Of a stretch of 50,945 bases of DNA, positions 36,834 to 46,921 are shown in pieces. Source of the stretch: Thermoplasmata archaeon. GTDB taxonomy: Archaea > Thermoplasmatota > SW-10-69-26 > JACQPN01 > JAJPHT01. The position numbers and the translations under genes are program-made. The notes beneath the pieces were generated by a model that was given only the letters and a program-made list of their open reading frames with translations, was not told where the DNA came from and did no database searches. How positions within the stretch are numbered: position 1 is the stretch's first letter; every line of letters starts with the position of its first letter. Location: positions 1-50,945 of the forward strand of contig JAXDQU010000017.1 of assembly GCA_034667685.1 (NCBI GenBank), written 5' to 3'.

Positions 36834-39800
36834 GTGACGCTTCCGCCCAACGTCTCCCGCGCCGACCTGGAGCGCCTCTACGGCGCGCTCTTCCCCGCCG
36901 GAGGCGAGATCGACGAACTGGCGCGCTACTCGCGCAACTCGGGCTTCGTCGAGAAGGTCGTCGTGGGCGCCAGCGCGGCGCAGGGGCGCGTCCGCGGACG
37001 GCGGCGCGACACGGGCTTCAACGTCCGCATCCACTACTCGGGCACCTACACCTGCAAGTGCCCTCGCGCGCGCAAGCAGCCGTGCGAGCACGTGGGCGCG
37101 CTCCTCCTCCACGTCATCGCGCAACTGGGCGAGGCCGCGGCGACCGGGGCGACGAAGCTCAACCCCGGCGAGCCCGCGCCCGAGGTCTACCAGTTCCTGC
37201 TCGACCTGTTCCCGGGCATCGGGCCGAAGCGCGCGCGCGAGGTCGCCCGCGTCTTCCGCACCGTGCCCGACCTGCTGCAGGCCACGCCGCGGCAGCTCCG
37301 CAACCTCCCCGAGATCGGCGTGTGGGCCGCGCAGGTCCTGCACGAGCACCTGCAGGCGCACCAGAAGATCGGCATCAGCGGCGCGCCCAAGCGGGCCGTG
37401 GGCGAGGTGGACGACGAGCCGCGCCCCCAGGTCGCCGCCGACGTGGGCTGGATCCAGGAGGGCCCGCGCGTCCACGTCGTCGACACGTCCGCCGACCCGC
37501 GCAACCGCCTCACCGGCTCGCTGATCCTCGTGCAGGGGACGAAGACCGGCGCCGTGTTCTTCCGCCCCGAGGACACCAAGGACGCGCTGGTGCGCCGCGC
37601 GCTGCGCCACATCCGCAAGACGGACCCGGGCAGCTTCCGCACGTCGCTGAAGCACCACATCTGGACGACCGACCAGGAGAGGTTCCCCCGCGTCATCGGC
37701 CGCCTGGAGGCGATGGGCGCGCGCCGCGAGCACGTCAAGCTCGTCGACCTCCCCTTCGACGGCCTCACGCTCTTCTTCGACGCCGCGGGCCGACGCTCGC
37801 GCTTCCAGTTCGCCTCCGAAGCCTTGGAAGAGGGCTTCCCGAAAGCCGTCGAGATGCTGAAGAACGCCGAGGGCTACAGCTACGACGAGGCCAGCGCGCA
37901 GCACCTCGTCCTGCCCAAGGCGTTCCCGATGCTCAAGTCGGAGTTGTCCGACATGGGCGCGCTGCTGATCCGCAAGCGCCTCCGCCCCGTCCGCGAGATC
38001 GCGGAGTGGAAGGAGGAGGAGCCCGAGGACTTCGCCGAGGGCACGCCGCGCCTGCGGCCCATGCCCGACATCACGCCCTTCATGGGCGAGCCGCTCCCCG
38101 CCGCGCTCAAGGCGCACGTGCAGCTTCGCCCCTACCAGCGCGCGGGCGTCGCGTTCATCCGCGCCACGGACTACCTCACCTACCTGGGCGATCCCCCGGG
38201 GCTGGGCAAGTGCGTCGTGGGCGAGAGCGTCCTCCACACGCGCGACGGCCCGGCGACCATGGCCTCGCTCTGGGCGCGCCCTCACCAGGTCGTCGCGCAT
38301 GACGAGGATGGCGGCGAGTGGGCGCTCCTCGACGAGCCCATCCACGTGGACGCCTTCGATCCGCGCCGCGGCATCGCGTCCGTCGAGGTGCGGAAGATCT
38401 ATCGCCAGCGCGTCGCGGAGGACGTCCGCCGCGTCCGCCTCAGCGACGGAAGCGAGCTCACCTCGACCGGGCGGCACCGCTACTTCACGCCCGACATGCG
38501 CTGGGCCCCCGCCGCCTCGCTGGCGCCTGGAGACAAGGTGGCCGTCCCGGCGCGGACCAACCACCAGGGGCGCGTCGGCCTCGACCCGCGCGTCGCGGAG
38601 CTCATGGCCTGGCAGCTCGCGGAGGGGAACGAGCACGCCAACAATCCGTCCCGCACGCCCGTCTGGGTCTTCCACAACGCGGACCCTGCCGTGCTCGCCC
38701 GCGTGATCGACCTGGCCCGCGAGGTCGGCGTCGAGCTCAAGCCGCCCCGCACGGCGCGCGGCGGCGTGAAGGTCATCCTGACGTCGAAGCTGCGTCACGT
38801 TCTGGCTCCGGCCGGGTACGTCGCGGGGCGCAAGTCTGCCCAGAAGGTGATCCCGCCGAGCGTCCTGGCCGCGCCGGTGGACGCGCAGCGCGCCTTCCTC
38901 CGAGCGTTCTTCGAAGCGGAGGGCTGCGTCAACGAGACGCACGTGGAGCTCACGACCGCGAGCCGCGAGGTGGCGTACGGGCTACGTGACATGCTGCGCC
39001 ATCTCGGGATCTGGCTGCGCATCCACGAGACGTGGAAGGCCGCGACGAACGGCAGCGGCATCAAGCGCCGCTACTTCCGCTGCACGCTGGGCGGCCACGA
39101 CGTTCCCCGGTTCGCGGACCAGGTCCGTTTCTTCAGCGAGCGCAAGCAGGCCGCGCTGGACGTGCTCGCGGCCAGGCCGCGCCATTCGAACGTCGAGGGC
39201 GTTCCCGTCGCCGGGATCCTCCGCGAGGCGCGCGAGGGCTCCGGCATCCCGCTGGACCGCCTCGACCACATGACCGTCGAGCACGTCCGGGGCAAGGGCG
39301 TCGGCAAGGGCCGCGCGCTCGTCGTCGCCCAGGCGCTCCGGCAGGAGGGAAGGCTCGACCTCGCGGCCAAGCTCAAGGTCGTCGCGTCGCCCGCGCTCCA
39401 TTGGTGCGAGGTCGTCGACGTCGAAGCCCAGCCCTTCGAAGGGTACGTCTACGACGTCGAGGTCCCGACGTGGCACAACTACGTCGTCAACGGCGTCCTG
39501 ACCCACAACACCATCCAGGCCATCACCGCGGCGCTCTACCTGCCCGGCCGCATCCTCGTCATCGCCCCCGCCGGCGCGCGCGACGTCTGGAAGCGCGAGA
39601 TCGAGTCGATGACCACCGAGAGCGTGTTCGTCTTCCGCCCCACGAGCAAGAAGGTCCCGAGCAACGAGAAGTTCGTCGTGGCGAGCTACGACGCGCTGCT
39701 CTCGCGCCAGGACGCGCTGCTCAAGGTCAAGCCCGACCTCGTGATCCTCGACGAGGCGCACTACGTCAAGAACAAGGAAGCCGAGCGCACGAAGGCCGTG

Positions 39801-40799
39801 CACGACTCGCTGATCTCGATCCCGCGCCGCCTGCTCCTCTCGGGCACGCCGGCCATGAACCGCGTGGACGAGGTGCGCAAGCAATTGGAGTTCATCCACC
39901 CGGGCGAGTGGGGCGACGAGAGCTGGTTCCGCCGCCGCTTCGTGCATCCCCTGGAGCAGGGCACGCCCGAGGTCAAGATGCAGGTGCTATCACGCCTGCG
40001 CGAGTACTTCCAGGGCGTCATGCTCCGGCGCGTCAAGGCGGACGTGCTCAAGGACCTCCCCGGCAAGCATGTCATCGTGCAGAACGTCAAGCTCCCGCCC
40101 ATGTGGCGCGCCGAGTACCAGGAGGAGGCGGGGCGCCTGCGCGACCACATCAACTCGCACAAGGAGACGGCCTTCGGCGACGATTACGGCGAGACGCGCT
40201 CGCACGTCATGACGCTGCGCCAGCTCGCGAGCAACGGCAAGGGCGAGGAAGCGGAGAAGTACGTCCGCGGCCTGCTGAAGGCGCCCGGCGAGAAGGTCGT
40301 CATCTTCGCCTACTACCTCCAGCACCTGGAGACGTTGGAGAAGGCGCTGGCCGAGTTCAGCCCGGTCACGGTGCACGGCGGCGTCAACGACAAGTCGCGC
40401 GACGCCGCGGTCCAGTCGTTCATGCACGATCCGAATTGCCGCGTCTTCCTGGGCCAGATCACGGCGGCCGGCACGGCGTTGACGTTGACGAGCGCGCGCC
40501 ACGCGGTCTTCATCGACCTCGACTGGAACCCCGCGAACCACGAGCAGGCCGGCGACCGCATCCACCGCATCGGCCAGACCAAGGAAGTCTTCCTGCACTA
40601 CCTGGTGGCGGGCAGCACCATCGACGAGGAGATCGTGAAGATGCTCCAGGAGAAGTCGACGACGACCGCGGCGCTGCTCGACGCGGACGAGCAGAGCGCG
40701 GGCCTCCTGCAGCAGCGGCGCGAGTCGCGCAACATCGCTCGCTTGGCGCTGAAGGTGGCGCTGGGCGAGGCGCTGCCCGAGGGTGGCGCGAAGGCGTAG
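36834..40799 (+). CDS. SWIM-HhH-SNF2 helicase-like ATPase containing an intein
   Basis: CKC..PCEH SWIM; PGIGPKRA HhH; GLGK|T split Walker A; DEAH; LSGTP; WNPANHEQAGDRIHRIGQ. Confidence 0.93.
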   Translation: MTLPPNVSRADLERLYGALFPAGGEIDELARYSRNSGFVEKVVVGASAAQGRVRGRRRDTGFNVRIHYSGTYTCKCPRARKQPCEHVGALLLHVIAQLGEAAATGATKLNPGEPAPEVYQFLLDLFPGIGPKRAREVARVFRTVPDLLQATPRQLRNLPEIGVWAAQVLHEHLQAHQKIGISGAPKRAVGEVDDEPRPQVAADVGWIQEGPRVHVVDTSADPRNRLTGSLILVQGTKTGAVFFRPEDTKDALVRRALRHIRKTDPGSFRTSLKHHIWTTDQERFPRVIGRLEAMGARREHVKLVDLPFDGLTLFFDAAGRRSRFQFASEALEEGFPKAVEMLKNAEGYSYDEASAQHLVLPKAFPMLKSELSDMGALLIRKRLRPVREIAEWKEEEPEDFAEGTPRLRPMPDITPFMGEPLPAALKAHVQLRPYQRAGVAFIRATDYLTYLGDPPGLGKCVVGESVLHTRDGPATMASLWARPHQVVAHDEDGGEWALLDEPIHVDAFDPRRGIASVEVRKIYRQRVAEDVRRVRLSDGSELTSTGRHRYFTPDMRWAPAASLAPGDKVAVPARTNHQGRVGLDPRVAELMAWQLAEGNEHANNPSRTPVWVFHNADPAVLARVIDLAREVGVELKPPRTARGGVKVILTSKLRHVLAPAGYVAGRKSAQKVIPPSVLAAPVDAQRAFLRAFFEAEGCVNETHVELTTASREVAYGLRDMLRHLGIWLRIHETWKAATNGSGIKRRYFRCTLGGHDVPRFADQVRFFSERKQAALDVLAARPRHSNVEGVPVAGILREAREGSGIPLDRLDHMTVEHVRGKGVGKGRALVVAQALRQEGRLDLAAKLKVVASPALHWCEVVDVEAQPFEGYVYDVEVPTWHNYVVNGVLTHNTIQAITAALYLPGRILVIAPAGARDVWKREIESMTTESVFVFRPTSKKVPSNEKFVVASYDALLSRQDALLKVKPDLVILDEAHYVKNKEAERTKAVHDSLISIPRRLLLSGTPAMNRVDEVRKQLEFIHPGEWGDESWFRRRFVHPLEQGTPEVKMQVLSRLREYFQGVMLRRVKADVLKDLPGKHVIVQNVKLPPMWRAEYQEEAGRLRDHINSHKETAFGDDYGETRSHVMTLRQLASNGKGEEAEKYVRGLLKAPGEKVVIFAYYLQHLETLEKALAEFSPVTVHGGVNDKSRDAAVQSFMHDPNCRVFLGQITAAGTALTLTSARHAVFIDLDWNPANHEQAGDRIHRIGQTKEVFLHYLVAGSTIDEEIVKMLQEKSTTTAALLDADEQSAGLLQQRRESRNIARLALKVALGEALPEGGAKA
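38211..39509 (+). mobile_element. Intein (433 aa) with LAGLIDADG homing endonuclease
   Basis: Starts CVVGES after GLGK; block B TGRHRY; FLRAFFEAEG; ends VYDVEV..HNYVVNGVLTHN followed by Thr. Confidence 0.95.
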
Positions 40800-40812
40800 T
40801 CTGGTTTCTGGC

Positions 40813-40883
40813 CGCTCCCTTCCCAACACCGCGAATCCTCGCCATCCGCGGATTCCGGGATTCGCGGTGTTGGGAAGGGAGCG
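40813..40883. repeat. Intergenic palindrome, family D
   Basis: CGCTCCCTTCCCAACACCGCGAATCC...GGATTCGCGGTGTTGGGAAGGGAGCG; homologous to 48687-48761. Confidence 0.88.
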
Positions 40884-41008
40884 CCGGCCACCCGGCTCGC
40901 CCAAACGGGGGACGACTCACCGCCCGTGCTCGGCAGGGTGGAAAGCTATCTCCGACGAATCCGGGAAAAAGGTTCATCCGTGGGGTGGCGGTGCCGCGGC
41001 CGGTCACC

Positions 41009-41968
41009 ATGCAGAAGACCCTTCTGATCCTGGCGCTCTGCGCCGCCACCGCGCTGGCGGGCTGCGCCACCAACAACGGCAACACGCCCTCGTCGAGCAC
41101 GCCCGGGGGCACCACGCCCACGAGCACGACGATGATGACGCCGACGGACATGACGCCCACGACCATGACGCCGGAGGTCCCGACGTACAGCGGGCCCGCC
41201 GTGACGGACCTCTGGTACAATGCGACGCAGACGCCGCCGGGCCCCAACGCGACGTACAAGTTCGACGGCCCCAACCTCACGAACCCCGGCTGGGTCACGT
41301 TCCACCTCACCAACGCCGGGATGGAGCCCCACCAGCTCGTCGTCGTGAAGCTGGGCGGCGAGACGTTCGCGCAGCACATGGCCATGATGATGTCCAACAA
41401 CAGCAGCGCCATGATGGGCAACTACACCGACACCTACGTGGGCGGCATCGGCAACGTGCTCCCCGGCAGCGAGGCCAACGCGACCGTGCACCTCACGCCC
41501 GGCCGCTACGTCGTCGAGTGCGAGATCCCCGGCCCCGCCGGCCCGCACTTCCTGCACGGCATGATCATGGAGCTCGACGTCTCGGGCAGCGACAACGGCG
41601 CCTCCGAGCCCACCGGCGACCTCACGCTGACGCTCAAGGACTTCAGCTTCAACTGGAGCGCGGCGCCCACGGCCGGCCACCACGTCATCAAGGTCGTCAA
41701 CAACGGCACGATGCCCCACGAGGCGCCCATGGAGCGCCTGGTCGGCAACGCGACCATGCAGGACTTCCTCGCGTGGGCCGCGAACCCGAGCTCGGGCGCT
41801 CCCCCGGTGGACAAGGCGCTCGGCGCGGGCGGCATCAGCCCCAACGTCGTCGAGTACGTCCAGGTGGACTTCGACGCGGGCCACACCTACGGCGCGGCCT
41901 GCTTCTTCCCCGACGCGAACGGCGCGCCCCACTTCACGCACGGCATGATCGCGCAGTGGACCGTGTAG
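41009..41968 (+). CDS. Lipoprotein with two cupredoxin (type-1 Cu) domains
   Basis: Lipobox LAGC; NAGMEPH...CEIPGPAGPHFLHGM and NNGTMPH...CFFPDANGAPHFTHGM. Confidence 0.85.
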   Translation: MQKTLLILALCAATALAGCATNNGNTPSSSTPGGTTPTSTTMMTPTDMTPTTMTPEVPTYSGPAVTDLWYNATQTPPGPNATYKFDGPNLTNPGWVTFHLTNAGMEPHQLVVVKLGGETFAQHMAMMMSNNSSAMMGNYTDTYVGGIGNVLPGSEANATVHLTPGRYVVECEIPGPAGPHFLHGMIMELDVSGSDNGASEPTGDLTLTLKDFSFNWSAAPTAGHHVIKVVNNGTMPHEAPMERLVGNATMQDFLAWAANPSSGAPPVDKALGAGGISPNVVEYVQVDFDAGHTYGAACFFPDANGAPHFTHGMIAQWTV

Positions 41969-41970
41969 GC

Positions 41971-42076
41971 TGACGAAGGGAAGACGCGAAGAAGGGAAGA
42001 CGGGAACTGGGGAACGAGGACCCCTCCTTCCCGTCTTCCCCAGTTCCCGTCTTCCCTCGTTCCCTTTTTTTCGTCA
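41971..42076. repeat. Intergenic palindrome, family B
   Basis: TGACGAAGGGAAGACG...TTCCCGTCTTCCC...TTCGTCA between convergent genes. Confidence 0.85.
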
Positions 42077-43807
42077 TCCCCAATGCACGTCAGGGTACGT
42101 CACGTCGACGACCTGCCCGCCTTCGACGAGGACGGAAAGCTCGACGTCCACGCCGCGGTTGGCGCGCGCGATGGCGAGCGTCAGCTCCTCGTACTCGCGC
42201 TCGGGCTCGTGGCGCTGGCCGGCGGCGAGGCCCTGCTGCGTCACGCTGTAGTACGTGCCGTTGAGGTCCACGATCGCGGTCGCGCCGTTGACCGTGCCGT
42301 CCACCAGCCGGAGCGCCTGCGCCGCGACGGTGACGTTCGTGAGCGGCGTCTCGACCTGCTCGCTGAACTGGCGCAGCGCGTCCTCGATGCTCGTGCCGAA
42401 GACGCGCTTGGTCGTGTAGTTCTGCGCGTCGATGACGGCGAACCGGCTGACCTTGAGCCCTTCGAGGAGCGGGAAGACGTACGCGTCGCGCGTCGCGCCG
42501 TCGGCCATCCTGAGCGGGTAGAGGTAACCCTCGCTGATGCGCAGGTTGATCGAGCCCGCGCCGCCCGTCGCGGTGCCCGACGCCATGATGGCCGAAAGCT
42601 GCGCGCGCGCCGTGTCGTAGTCGACGAGCGACTTGTCGAAGCGGTCGTAGAACGTCGCGTGCCCGTCGCGCGTGTTGACGAGCATGTAGCCGCCAAGCTG
42701 CGACGACGAGAGCTGGCGCATCGGGAGGAGCCAGTAGGTCTGGTTCTCCAGCCGGATGTAGCGGACCGTGACGTCGTCGGGCTCCACGAGGCGGTTGGCG
42801 TTGAACCAGCGATAGAAGAAGCCCTGGCGGTGCAGGCCCCAGTATTGCGCCCACTGGTAGACGTAGCTCTCGGGGTAGACCTGCTCGATCCACGCGGGCG
42901 CGTCCTGCGGCGCGTAGTCCTGCTCGGCGCCCGTCGCGGCGTCCACGACGAGGAGCTTCACGAGGTGCGGCTGGCCGCGCAGGTCGATCTGCGCGAGGTA
43001 GCCGATCCAGTACGGATGATAGCTGTCGTCGAGCTGGAGCACGACGTCCTGGAGCGCGTAGCGAAGCTCGCCGGCGTTCTCCGCGTAGCGCGCGACGCGG
43101 TGCTGCCACCAGATGCTGTCGACGTGCACGTTGAGCGTCACGTTGACTTCGTGCGTCGAGAGGTCGTTCGCGTCGTTGCGCACGTAGAGCACCTTGTCCG
43201 CCAGGCGGCCGCCGAAGAGCCACTTCGCCGTCTCCGGCGCGGGCGCGTTGACCCACAGGAACTCGTGGTTGACCGTGTCCGGGAACGTGTTGCTCTGGAG
43301 CAGCTCTGGCGTCGATTCGAGGAACGATGCGTCCGCGCCGTAGCCGCGCGGCAGGAGGGCGCTCGCCAGGTCCCAGGGCACGACGCGCACGTCGCCCGAC
43401 GCCGTGGGCAGGAGCGCGGGCGCGTCGGCCTTCACCTGGTTCGCGTTGAGGTCGTTGTAGACGCGCTCGCTGACGCTGCTGGCGCCCCACGACGTGAACG
43501 GGAAGATCGACGCGAGCACGAGCAGGACGACGATGGCGATGCCCGCGAGCGGCAGGCGCGGCACCAGGGGAGGCGCGGGCGTCCAGTGCGCGCCGCGGAT
43601 GTTGCGCACGCCCGACAGAATGAGCGCCAGCGCCAGGAGGAACAGGTCGCTGCGCAGGCTCCCGGGGTAGGCGTTGAGGAACGCGAGCAGCGCGCCCACG
43701 ACGAGGCCCGCGATCCCCGCGCGCGCAGCGCGCAGGGGGGAAAAGGGCTTGCGCAGCGCGAAGGCGATCAGGAACAGGACCGTCCAGAGCAGGATGGTGA
43801 GGATCAC
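42074..43807 (-). CDS. Hypothetical membrane-anchored protein (4 N-terminal TMs + large ectodomain)
   Basis: GTG at 43807; hydrophobic N-terminus then ~470-aa soluble region with strong codon bias. Confidence 0.75.
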   Translation of the reverse strand: MILTILLWTVLFLIAFALRKPFSPLRAARAGIAGLVVGALLAFLNAYPGSLRSDLFLLALALILSGVRNIRGAHWTPAPPLVPRLPLAGIAIVVLLVLASIFPFTSWGASSVSERVYNDLNANQVKADAPALLPTASGDVRVVPWDLASALLPRGYGADASFLESTPELLQSNTFPDTVNHEFLWVNAPAPETAKWLFGGRLADKVLYVRNDANDLSTHEVNVTLNVHVDSIWWQHRVARYAENAGELRYALQDVVLQLDDSYHPYWIGYLAQIDLRGQPHLVKLLVVDAATGAEQDYAPQDAPAWIEQVYPESYVYQWAQYWGLHRQGFFYRWFNANRLVEPDDVTVRYIRLENQTYWLLPMRQLSSSQLGGYMLVNTRDGHATFYDRFDKSLVDYDTARAQLSAIMASGTATGGAGSINLRISEGYLYPLRMADGATRDAYVFPLLEGLKVSRFAVIDAQNYTTKRVFGTSIEDALRQFSEQVETPLTNVTVAAQALRLVDGTVNGATAIVDLNGTYYSVTQQGLAAGQRHEPEREYEELTLAIARANRGVDVELSVLVEGGQVVDVTYPDVHWG

Positions 43808-43864
43808 GGCGCTCCGGCATCCGGGGCACCCGGCTTGAAACGATGGGAGGACCCTTCCGGGCGC

Positions 43865-44224
43865 GTGCGGAGCCTGACCGACGACGAGCGTCGCCTGGCG
43901 GAGCTCCTGGGCGCCGCCGGTCTCCCGCGCCCGCCGGCGCGCTGCCTCGCGCTCCTCGCGCGCGGCGGCTGGTGGCTCGCGGCCGACCTCGCGGAAGCCG
44001 GCGCGCTCACGCCCCAGGAGGTCAGCGAGGGCGTGCGCGAGCTGGACGCGCGCGGCGCGCTGGCCAAGGAGCCCGTCGCGCGCGAAGGCCCCGGCCGGCC
44101 GCGCATGCGCTATCGTTTGGCCGAGGGCGACGCCATCGTGCGGATCGAGCGCGAGGCGCGCCGGGCGTTGGAGCGCGACCTGGCGCTGCTCGACGAGCTG
44201 CGGGCGAGATTGGCTCCGCGTTGA
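43865..44224 (+). CDS. Small winged-HTH regulator (TrmB/MarR-like)
   Basis: LLGAAGLPRPPARCL..DLAEAGALTPQEVSEGVREL..GRPRMRYRL. Confidence 0.75.
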   Translation: MRSLTDDERRLAELLGAAGLPRPPARCLALLARGGWWLAADLAEAGALTPQEVSEGVRELDARGALAKEPVAREGPGRPRMRYRLAEGDAIVRIEREARRALERDLALLDELRARLAPR

Positions 44225-44231
44225 GGGCCGG

Positions 44232-44308
44232 GCTTCGCTTGCCGCCAACACGCCAAGACGCCAACACGCGGCGTGTTGGCGTCTTGGCGTGTTGGCGGCA
44301 AGCGAAGC
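44232..44308. repeat. Intergenic palindrome, family A (38-bp perfect arms, 1-nt loop)
   Basis: GCTTCGCTTGCCGCCAACACGCCAAGACGCCAACACGC-G-reverse complement. Confidence 0.92.
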
Positions 44309-44349
44309 GACCTCGAGTGCGACGACCCAGCGGAGGCCGTCAAGAGACG

Positions 44350-45342
44350 CTACGGCACGACCACGTCGGCTGCCGCCATCGTCGCCGTCGCGTTCCGCAG
44401 CTCGACGTGATAGCTTCCGGGCGCGGGCGGCGTCCAGGTGAAGTGCAGGATGCGCGCGTCGGCCGCGTCGGGCTTGGGCTCCAGCGTCTGGTTCGCCACG
44501 AGGACGTACGCCTTCGCGAGGTCGGGCGGCGCGTCGGTCACGCCGTCGGCGGGCCGGTTCCAGACGTACCACGTGATGGGCGAGGCCTGCCCCGCGCGCA
44601 GGTCGTGCGGCCATTCGAGCACCATGCGAACGTTGCCCGAGATCACGGGCGCCGAGGCCTGGAGCGGATAGCGCGCCGCGACGCTCGCGGGGAGCGAGAC
44701 GGTGGTCCAGCGCGCGCTGGTGATCTTGGGCGGCGAGACGGCTTCCTGGTCGAAGGTGGAGACCGGCGCGCCCGGCACGCCCAGGAAGCACGCAGCGCCC
44801 GCCGTGGCCGCGTTGCCACAGGCGGGGTTGCGGACGCTGGGCACGCGCGCGATGGCGTGCACGACGTCGAGCCCGTCCACGACCTGGCCGAAGGCGGTGT
44901 AGTTGCCATACAGCGCCGCGCTGGTGTTGGCGAAGTCCATGACGAAGAACTCGGGCCCGCCCGAGTCGGGCAGGTCGCCCCGCGCGATGCCCAGCGCCCC
45001 AGCGCTGAACGTCAGGTTGCGGCCCGCCTCCAGCGGGATCGTCTCCTTGGTGTCGGTCGCGCCGCCGCTGCGGTCGGTCTGCTGGATCACGAAGCCGGGG
45101 ATGACGCGCGTGAACTCGCGTTTGTCATAGTAGCCCTGCGTCGTCAGGTTGCGGTAGAAGGCGGCCGTCGCGGGCGTCTCGTTGGGCCACAGGATTGCCG
45201 TGAAAAAGCCCTGGTGCGTCGCGTCGACCTGCACCTCGAAGCGGATGGCCGGGAACGTCACCGGCGGCGCGCTCGCGGCGGGGCGGTTGAGGCAGCCCGG
45301 CGCGACGAGGAGGGCGAGCAGCGCGAGCGCGATCCAACGCAC
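44350..45342 (-). CDS. Cyclophilin-type peptidyl-prolyl isomerase lipoprotein
   Basis: APGC lipobox; FTRVIPGFVIQ; SGGPEFFV; YTAFGQVVDGLDVV. Confidence 0.88.
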   Translation of the reverse strand: MRWIALALLALLVAPGCLNRPAASAPPVTFPAIRFEVQVDATHQGFFTAILWPNETPATAAFYRNLTTQGYYDKREFTRVIPGFVIQQTDRSGGATDTKETIPLEAGRNLTFSAGALGIARGDLPDSGGPEFFVMDFANTSAALYGNYTAFGQVVDGLDVVHAIARVPSVRNPACGNAATAGAACFLGVPGAPVSTFDQEAVSPPKITSARWTTVSLPASVAARYPLQASAPVISGNVRMVLEWPHDLRAGQASPITWYVWNRPADGVTDAPPDLAKAYVLVANQTLEPKPDAADARILHFTWTPPAPGSYHVELRNATATMAAADVVVP

Positions 45343-45398
45343 GTGGGCGGAGCCGAGCGCGGCGGGATGAGTGTTTTGCTGGCATGGGCCGCCTCCGG

Positions 45399-45470
45399 CG
45401 GGAAAAGACGGAATCTCAGAATCTCCGAATCAGGCGGAGATTCCGGGATTCGGAGATTCCGTGATTCCCG
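45399..45470. repeat. Intergenic palindrome (GAATCTCCG units)
   Basis: ACGGAATCTCAGAATCTCCGAATC...GGAGATTCCGGGATTCGGAGATTCCGT. Confidence 0.75.
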
Positions 45471-45490
45471 CGCGGAGCGCGCCCGCAGGC

Positions 45491-46807
45491 TCAGCCGAGC
45501 ACCGGATCGACGGTCGCCGCGAACGCGTTGACCGTCTTCCCCGCCACGGCGTCCGTGCTGGTGAAGACGGAGCCCACGCGCCCATCGGGGAGGCGCTTCA
45601 GGGCGAAGTAGTCGAGGAACTGGCGGTTCGCGGTGCAGCTTGACCCGTCGGGGCAGACCGCGCCGTGGCGGACGCTCGCGGCGGTGAGGCGCGCGTGCTC
45701 GAAGACGGGCGCGGCGCTCATTGCGTCGTGCGTGTACGCGAGCGTGACGTTCCACGAGGCGGCCTTGTCGAGCTGCGCGGGATAGCCCGGCTGGTCGGCC
45801 TCGTAGTACGCGACCGCGACCTCGCCGGCGGGGCCCGCGGTGATGGCGGGGAAGACGCGCGAGAGGTTCGTCGCCTCGCTGACGAGCTTGGGTTTGCTCC
45901 ACGTCTTGCCGTCGTCGCCGCTGCTGGCGAGGTAGACGTCCATCTGCTGCGTCTTGGGGTCGCTGCCCTTGGCCTCGGCCCACGCGAGGTAGACGTTGCC
46001 GGCCGGGTCCGCGGCGCCCACGACCAGCGAGAGGCCCACGCCTTGTCCGCCGGCGTTGGGGGCGCGGACCATGCGCGACGTGGTGGCGCCCTTGTCCAGG
46101 ATGCCCGCCGAAGGGGACCAGGTGGCGCCCGAGCCCAGCGGCCCGTCGCTGAAGGTGAAGGTGGCCCAGACGCTGCCGGTCTTGGGGTTGAGGAAGCCGC
46201 CGCCGCCCCAGCCCGAGATGCCGGTGACGACGGGCGGCATGACACCCTCCGCGGGGCCCACGGGCGTCCACGTCTGGCCGTAGTCCGTGGTGTGCGCGAA
46301 CATCTGGTAGAACGTGGGGAGCTGGTGGCTGTAGACGTACGCCTCGCCCTTGGCCACGGGGATCACGTACTGGCGGTCGCCGGCCGGGGGCACGCAGCCC
46401 GCGGGGCTCGTGGTCCACGTCTTGCCCTGGTCCGGCGAGGCCGCGACGGTCGTGCAGCCCACCCAGAGGTTGTCGTACCAGAGGACGCCATCCGCCGAGA
46501 CGGCGAGGTCCGGGTCCTCGTTGGGCCAGGGCGCGGTGGGCGAGCCGAGCGCCTTCCACGTCGTGCCGTTGTCCTTGGAGACGTACAGGCCACCCGAGCT
46601 TCCGGCGCCGTTGGTGAAGAGCGTCCCGTCGGGCATGACGCCCAGGGAGGGCTCGCCTTCGCCGCCCGCCGGATCGATGACGTGCGTGAGGGGCGCGTCG
46701 GCCTTCGGCGCGGGCGCCTGGCTCGTGGCCGCGGGCTGGAGGGGGGCGTTCAGGCAGCCTGGCGTCAGGAGGGCCAGCGCCACGGCGACGAGGGCGAGCG
46801 CGCGCAT
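45491..46807 (-). CDS. BNR/sialidase-like lipoprotein
   Basis: TPGC lipobox; GEPSLGV; SKDNGTTW, SPDQGKTW, TTDYGQTW, SGDDGKTW. Confidence 0.85.
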   Translation of the reverse strand: MRALALVAVALALLTPGCLNAPLQPAATSQAPAPKADAPLTHVIDPAGGEGEPSLGVMPDGTLFTNGAGSSGGLYVSKDNGTTWKALGSPTAPWPNEDPDLAVSADGVLWYDNLWVGCTTVAASPDQGKTWTTSPAGCVPPAGDRQYVIPVAKGEAYVYSHQLPTFYQMFAHTTDYGQTWTPVGPAEGVMPPVVTGISGWGGGGFLNPKTGSVWATFTFSDGPLGSGATWSPSAGILDKGATTSRMVRAPNAGGQGVGLSLVVGAADPAGNVYLAWAEAKGSDPKTQQMDVYLASSGDDGKTWSKPKLVSEATNLSRVFPAITAGPAGEVAVAYYEADQPGYPAQLDKAASWNVTLAYTHDAMSAAPVFEHARLTAASVRHGAVCPDGSSCTANRQFLDYFALKRLPDGRVGSVFTSTDAVAGKTVNAFAATVDPVLG

Positions 46808-46921
46808 CGGCCCGCGAGCCCCAGGAGGGCCATTTGTGCGTTGCGGCAGAGGAGGCCCCCGGAGCGCCAAGACGGGATTTTCCGTGGGTACATAAAGGCC
46901 GGGCGCCCGAGCCAAGTGAGC

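Noticed and set aside
41080-41175. Thr/Pro tandem repeats
   Set aside because: Ordinary lipoprotein linker coding sequence
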